Assembly: GCA_951406725.2 (NCBI GenBank)
Contig: OX597815.1
Coordinates: 67,766,001 to 67,830,000, forward strand
Length of the DNA: 64,000 nt
DNA from: Octopus vulgaris
Lineage: Eukaryota
Direction: 5' to 3'
Shown here in pieces: positions 56,250-64,000 of this stretch. Position 1 is the stretch's first letter. Each line of letters starts with the position of its first letter. The notes beneath the pieces were generated by a model. It was given only the letters and a program-made list of their open reading frames with translations, did not search any database and was not told where the DNA came from. Position numbers and translations under genes: made by a program.

Positions 56250-56652
56250 TCTTACTCTTACTTGTTTCAGTCATTTGACTGTAGCCATGCCGGAACACCG
56301 CCGTTAGTCGAACTAATCGACCCCAGGACTTATTCTTTGTAAGCCCAGTACTTATTCTATCGGTCTCTTTTGCCGAACCGCTAAGTTACGGGGACGTAAA
56401 CACACCAGCATCGATTCTCAATCGATTGGGGGGGGGGCAAACACAGACACACAAACATATACACACACATACATACATATATGCATATATACGACGGGCT
56501 TCTTTCAGTTTCCGTCTACCAAATCCACTCGCAAGGCTTTGGTCGGCCCGGGGCTATAGTAGAAGACACTTGCCCAAGGTGCCACGCAGTGGGACTGAAC
56601 CCGGAACCATGTGGTTCGTAAGCAAGCAACGTACCACACAGCCACTCCTACG

Positions 56653-56655
<3 letters not shown>
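56248..56655 (-). mobile_element. SINE family B, full length
   Basis: Near-identical to 48268-48688. Confidence 0.9.
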
Positions 56656-56683
<28 letters not shown>

Positions 56684-56686
<3 letters not shown>

Positions 56687-58720
56687 GTTTTTGTGCAAGT
56701 GCTCCACCCTTATTGCAGCCCCTATTTGTTTCACGTACTTCTCGAGATTTTTGCTCACTGTTCCCAGGGCTCCAACAATTATTGGTACTACTGCTACCTT
56801 TCACCACAACTACTTGACTTCCGAAGCCAACCTGTCATATATCTCGACTTTTCTTTCTTCCTTATCGCATACCTTGTTGTCAGCTGGGCATGCTATATCT
56901 ATGATCCAACATAGTTTGTTTTCTTTCTCAACTAAGACTATGTCCGTCTTCCTATTCTCTATCTCGTAGTCGCACTGAATCATAAAATTCCATAGGATCT
57001 TTGCATTTCTATTTTCAATGATGTCTTCAGGTTTGTGATCGTAGCAATTTTTTGTTCTGTCAAGTCCATACTTGTTGCAAAGTGTCCAATGGACAAGTCT
57101 GGCTATATTGTCATAACGTCTCTTATATTCCCTCTGGGCTAGTGGCGTACATTGGCTGGTAATATGCCATACGGTTTCACTGTTTTGTCCACAGATTCTG
57201 CACTTATCACTTTCTGCTGTGTTGTCTATTCTGTATTTTATGTAGTTTGTCCTTAGTGCTTGCTCTTGGGCAGCACAGATCAGAGCCTCCGTTTCTGGTT
57301 TTAAATCACTTTTAGTCATCCACAGCCATCTTTTTTCTCTGTCTGTCTTATCTTCAACATCCCTATGAAATTGACCATGCATTCTTTTCTTTACCCACCT
57401 ATTTTCAGTTTTATTAGTTTTCAATTTCTTGTATAGTGCTTTAGCTTTGCAATCTTTCATCCAACACAAGCCTCATTTTCTTACTTCTAATAACAGCGGT
57501 TCTGTGGCATTTTTCACATACCATGCTATGTTGTTTTTTTCTGCTCTAATGCTGTGTTCGCATCTAATAACTCCTCTTCCCCCTCTTTTTCTTGGTACAT
57601 GCAATCTGTGTCACGTTTTGAGTGGAGTGACCCATATCTAGTTAGCAACTTCCTTGTCTTTCTGTCTAAGCTGTTTAGTTCGTTTACTGTCCATGCGATT
57701 ACCCTGCTCCATATCTGAAGAGTGAAACCGCCCAGGTGTTGATAGCTTCAATCTTATTCCGTCTGTTTAATTTCGACTTAAGGATCAGTCTCAGTCTGTG
57801 CAAGTACTCCACCTTAATTTTTTCTGTCATTTCTTTCTCTATCAATTTATCCATTTCCAAAATCCCCAAGTGCTTATAGCCCGTCTCTTCTATCTGCTTC
57901 ATAACCTCCCCCGACGGTACCGTTAGCTCACGTTTTCTGATACAACAATACTTGCTGCCTTGATCAAATTATTTGTTTCTTTGATGTTGTTTGTTGTGAT
58001 GTATTTCAGAATTTCTTTTTAAGATTGCAAATAATGCCGCTATCGTCCTCCTGTAGTCTTACCTTTATTCTGTTGTAGATTGCCTGTTCTTCATCTGTCA
58101 TGTCGCCATTAGTTTTAAAGCCTTCTTTTAGATCATCTATATGTCTCTCACCAAGTAAACTAGCACTGCTCCTTTCCTGGAGTATGGGATTACTCTTATT
58201 AGTATTTTCGTTGTTATCTCTGCTGCTATCTTCCATGACCCGTCTTTTGATAGCTTCGAGCTCTACTTCTGTAATCCATTCTTATTGCTCTAGCTTGATC
58301 ACATAGTCTCTGTTCCGTGATTTGAAACAATCCCTTTTCTCTCCAATGATCATACATACGTTGTCGGTAACCGCTAATTTGAGCACCATTTTCATCTACC
58401 GGGCTGCTCAGGTAGTAACACTCCATGACCACAACATTAATTTGCTTGCTCCATCTACGCCGTCTGTGGTGGTCCCTTTCTGGATATTGACAGGCTGGGG
58501 CAGGACTAGAATTTCTGAGCCTACCGGGTGTAAAACTGTCACCATCATTGGCATCAGTTTCATTACCACCGTTATTCACAATATTTTGTTTTTTCATTGT
58601 CACTCATATAAGGTAGCGATTATCAGGTTGCGTAATTACCAGTGATTTTATTGTGACACCATCACTAGATGTATCATTAATCAGCCCATGAGGAGGAGGC
58701 TCCACCCGTTTCCTTTCCTT
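56684..58720 (-). mobile_element. Internally deleted R4/Dong-clade LINE; 5' end abuts (TAA)n
   Basis: RRRWSKQIN..MECYY..GYRQRM..TEQRLCDQAR (N-terminus); YKHLGILE..KSKLN; MHGQF..KPETEALICAAQEQALRT..CRICGQ..HITSQC..DIVLV..IIDIACP. The RT core is missing. Confidence 0.9.
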
Positions 58721-60294
58721 ATTATTATTATTATTATCATCATTGATATCACTGATATTATTGTTTTTATGCGTAGTAGCAGCAGTGGTTGCAGCAACAG
58801 CACCAGTAGCAGGGGTGGAGTAGTGGTAAGGGTGGTAGTTGAGCCTCAGATTCCTGTACTATCATAATTGTAGTACTTGTAGTATTATTGTAGTGTTAGT
58901 AGTATTTAGTATTAGCAGCTGCAGCATATTATTATCATTATTATTATTATCATTATCAACATCACCACCACTACCATTGTTTGAGGAAATAGTTGAGTAG
59001 CAGTTTGGTGAATAGATTATAATCTACGGGTCTTTAAATAGATTCGGCAGATGGTGGGGAAGTCAGCTGTAGAGACAAAGGAATCTTCGTACTCTTTGGG
59101 TCAGCAGAGGTCAAATGTGTTTACTACTACCAGTGGCCACTGAGAGCGCTGCCTTGAAAGGAAGCAATTCAACCTGTTCTATTTTTAATTACTGGTAGAA
59201 AAAACAATAATAATACACACGCACACGCACACATACATACACACACATACATATATATATATATATACATACATATATATATACTGATATTCACGTCGCT
59301 GAATTTTTGAATTTCTGAATTCGATTGTGTTGTTGCAATAAAAGGTGTTTACGTATTTGGGTAATATATTAAAGTTTTTAAGTTTTCTTGAGATGTTCGT
59401 TTGTCTGTCCAATTGGAGAATACATAAGACTTTTGCAAGGAAAAGGATGTCTACATTTTCAAATACTCAGGGAGAGACAAAAAGAATAGAAAACAAGTTG
59501 TAGATAGTAAAGTTTTAAGATTTACTAAATAAGATCTTTTGTATGACCGCACAGAGAAAAATGGTAGTGTTCTTAGAATAAAAAGGAGGGGGATGTTTAC
59601 ATTTTCGAATACTCAGGGAGAGAGGAAAGGATAAGTATTCACACAGTAGTTGTATATATTAAGGTTTTTTTTAAAGCTGATCGTTTGTGTGTTCGAAAGC
59701 TGTAGGTATGTAAGTTTCTTAACTTATTTCATTTTGAGGGATATTTAAAATATTCACAGGAAATTGGAGATATTCCAGTCTTTGGGAATAGTAGGAGGAA
59801 GAGATGTTCACCTTGTTGGGTTTTTTAATTTCTGAATTTCTTTTTCCTTTGGAATTTTTCTTTTCTTTTTAAAAGTTTTGCTGTGGTTTACAGTTTTTGT
59901 AGTTCTGCATTATGTATATTTTGACAGGTGCTTAGTTCCTTTTCTTTTTTTGCGTGCATGTAATTGTGTTATTACAATAAAAGGCATGTTTACATATTCT
60001 GTTAGGGAAGAAAGGAAGACAAAATGTTCACACAAAATTGGAGATATTAAAGTTTCTAAATTTTTGAGGTGTTCGTTTGTATGTCCAAAGCTGTAGATAT
60101 GTAAGTTCCTTAACTTATTTTGATTGAAATTCAAAATACTCACAGAAAACTGTAGATATTCCAGTCTTTTAGAGTTATTTTTTCAGTCGTCCTGCTTGGT
60201 TGTATCAATGTTTCTGTGTCTTTAGCCGCTGACAGGTCAGAGCAGCGAAGAATAGGTCTAGCCCTTGTCATGTCCAGTCGCCATTGTTATTGTT

Positions 60295-60371
<77 letters not shown>

Positions 60372-60379
60372 CATTATTA

Positions 60380-60990
<611 letters not shown>

Positions 60991-61299
60991 GATAATGAAA
61001 ATTGCACTTACTTGAAAAAGGATTACAATCCTAATAAAATCAAGCATCTACAACATCTAAATGTTTTCAGTAGTTTTATATGGGTTAGAATGTGACAGTT
61101 GAACTTCTGATGCACTACAAAAGCTGCAAGTCTTTCAGAATCATGTAATATGACATCTTACTAGCACTAAGCTCTCAAACTATATCAGAATTGAAGATCT
61201 AAGACAAATAGCCAAATTACCACCGATCTCTTCTGTCAACAACAAAAAAGTACCCAAAACTGCTTGGCAACAAAAACCGAATGGTTGTGGCGTCAGAAA

Positions 61300-61490
61300 G
61301 ATCTGTTTGGAAGGCGTGATTAATGGAAAAAGAAACAGAGGTCGGCAACCTAAGAGATGGAGAAATAATATCACAGCAAGAACAGCTCTTCACATAATTT
61401 CCTTGAATGCTTTAACAAAGATCGAATGCTATAAAGGCAACTACCCCATGCTGGTGAGCATTCTGCAGCATGCGGAGATAGCGGGAATTA
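61300..61490 (+). mobile_element. RTE-clade LINE 3' end fragment
   Basis: EGVINGKRNRGRQPKRWRNNI is the typical RTE C-terminal motif. Confidence 0.7.
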
Positions 61491-61492
61491 GT

Positions 61493-61550
<58 letters not shown>

Positions 61551-62111
61551 CATACATACATACATACATACATACATACATACATACATACATACATACA
61601 TACATACACATACATACATACATACATACATACATAAATACATACATACATACATACATACATACATACATACATACATACATACATACATACATACACA
61701 CACATATTTACGTACATGATTGTACAAATATACGTATAAGGTGTTAAGATTTTCATGATATTTGGTCAATGACTGGTAAGGAACTAAGCATGCCCGTTCC
61801 ATTGCGTATCTTCTCTTTTCCGTATATTTCTTAGTTGTCCTCCTGCACCACATTCTATGTAATGCGCGCGTACACGCATGCATACATACATACATACATA
61901 CATACATACATACATACATACATACATACATACATGCATACACGCATACACACACACAAACATACATACATACATACATTCATACATACACACATACACA
62001 TACATACATACATACATACATGCATGCATACATGCATGCATACATACATACATACATACATACATACATACATACATACATACATACATACATACATACA
62101 TACATACATAC

Positions 62112-62219
62112 ATACTTATACCCTATATCGAATACTCTTTTCTCTGTCTGTAAACTCAAACGTACATACGTTTGAGTTTACAGACAGAGAAAAGAGTATT
62201 CGATATAGGGTATAAGTAT
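62112..62219. repeat. Perfect 53-bp-arm palindrome with a 2-nt centre
   Basis: 62112-62164 is the reverse complement of 62167-62219. Confidence 0.95.
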
Positions 62220-62819
62220 CTATTATAGTGCTTAGAACATTCTGAAATACTACTCAGAGTTTCATAGATATGCGAACAGCAATTTCCGCAAAACACTGAA
62301 TAATAACAGGGCGTAATTTCAGCCCTGTAATAAACACGTATGTATGTGTCTGAATGTGCGCGTGTGTGTGTGTGTGTATGTGTGTGCGTGTGAGTGTGTT
62401 TCTGTGTGGGTATGCGTATGCGTTTGCGTATGTTTGTGTTTTTAAACGCCGCCAAATACGTATATATTGATCTGTGATATGAGAAATTTTTCTTTCAACC
62501 CTTCATAGATTTATTGATTTCTCAACGAGGCGACAAAAATACTCCAATGCTTTCTATAAACATTGCTGGCATTGATTTTTAATAATATTCTATGTGGATC
62601 TTCTCTCTCAAACAGTCCGTTTGTTGCATACAATGGAGAAATATTGAGCGGCTACGATGACAAACGTCTATCGCAGAGTACATATAGTAATACTGTGAAC
62701 GTGTCGTCATCTTGTACTACATTCAGTCAATGGACTGCGGCCATGCTGGGACACCGCCTTGAAGGATGTAGTAGAAAAAGTAGACCCCAGTACTCATTTT
62801 AAGTAAATATGTGTGTGCA

Positions 62820-62821
62820 TC

Positions 62822-62853
<32 letters not shown>

Positions 62854-63010
62854 TTAACGTCCGTCTACCATGCTGGTATGGGTTAGAGGGTTTGATCCGA
62901 ACTGGCAAGCTGGAGAGCTGCACCAGGCTCCAGTCTAATTTAGCATAGATTCTACGGCTGAATGCCCTTCCTGACGTCAACCACTTTAGAAAGAGTGGTG
63001 GGTGCTTTTA
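62820..63010 (-). mobile_element. SINE fragment with a ggttg.cgtcaggaagggcat.cagccgtagaa core and (TGA)n tail
   Basis: The core resembles the Nin-type SINE domain (from recall). The (cat)n run is its tail on the minus strand. Confidence 0.5.
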
Positions 63011-63123
63011 CTGGCACTGACACAGGACTCTTCATCAGGAGAGGCAGCCTAAACACTTCTGCTATGTAGTATATATGTATATATGTATATATATGTATAT
63101 GTATATGTGTATGTATATGAATA

Positions 63124-64000
63124 CAGTTGCGGTCAAAATATTCAGAACGGCATTGTTTTCGTCAGAATATAAGTTTTTATTAAAGTTGTTTTATATTCTA
63201 TAATTTTCACAAACAATAAATACGATATTAATTGGTATTGTCTGAGATTTGGGTGTAATTTGAGAGGATAATACAAAAGTTATGGATGATTTAGTGATTT
63301 ACTTCAAAACCCATGGTGGTCAAAATGATCAGAACGGTTGAAAAAATAACAAAATAATCAAAAAGTGACAGAGAATGCTGGAATTATTTCATATTTAGTG
63401 TGAAGCCCTTTAGCTTCAATCAAAGTTTGACATTTTTGACTGCATGGGGAAATTAAATTTTCAATTTCTTGCTGGGTGATCTTATTCCATTCTTCCTGAA
63501 GGGCATTCCATAATTGCTCGGTTGTTTTAGGATTTCTGGTTTTCAAACGTTCTCTTAGAATATTCCACACATTTTCAATAGGATTGAGGTCTGGGCTTTG
63601 AGCAGGCCAATCCATAACAATAACCTTTTTCAGCCTTGAGGAAGTTCATGACCACCTTAGCCTTGTGACATGGGGCATTGTCCTGCATGAATATGGGTGG
63701 TCGCTTTGTTGAATTTCTCAGCACAGGCAAGACATGATCTTTTACAAGTTGTTTATAAACTCCTGCATTTGCCTTTCCATGTAATCGCAGCAAAGGGCCC
63801 ACAACATCTCCAGATATCATCCCCCAAACCAAGACACTTCTTCCACCGAATTTAACACTAGTCTTTAGGCATTTAGTGACAATTTTTCCCCTGCTTTTCG
63901 ACGAACGTACATAGACTTAGATTCATCACTGAAATGCACCGTTTGCCATGTTCGGTTGCAAAGGTAAGACGACACTTTTTATTCTTGGAGCTGATCAGTG
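63124..64000 (-). mobile_element. Tc1-family transposon 3' part with TIR (runs off window)
   Basis: VWGMIS..G..IFMQDNAPCHKAK..MDWPAQSPDLNPIENVW (DD34E-type); TA|cagttgcggtcaaaata terminus. Confidence 0.92.

Noticed and set aside
58640-58730. HDV-like ribozyme at the 5' end of the minus-strand Dong element (tcc-tcctcat-ggg P3/L3, gatac/gtgtc P4)
   Set aside because: No P2 partner or P1.1 GG could be found by eye. It would need a family consensus.

Overview
AT-rich, repeat-saturated eukaryotic genomic DNA. The SINE families and the extreme (TA)n/(TAA)n/(TATG)n/(TAGA)n load resemble octopus/cephalopod genomes, which is an inference from recall. No intact host gene is visible, and nearly all listed ORFs are microsatellite read-throughs or TE fragments. 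Recognisable content: several R4/Dong-type restriction-like-endonuclease LINEs at (TAA)n, two Penelope-like (RT+GIY-YIG) fragments, L1/Tx1-, CR1- and RTE-like LINE pieces, a Ty3/Gypsy LTR-PBS-gag fragment, mariner, pogo and Tc1 DNA transposons, three tRNA-derived SINE families and a decayed cadherin-like segment. The main signal is a set of non-coding elements in (TA)n tracts that carry minimal, dimer-type hammerhead ribozyme motifs (CUGANGA...GAAAC-palindrome-GUH) and Penelope-style partial-tandem or inverted structures. The clearest case is a near-perfect 4 x 454-bp array at 23993-25834 with one hammerhead per unit, a candidate retrozyme or circular-RNA-producing element. All folds were read by eye and have not been computed.
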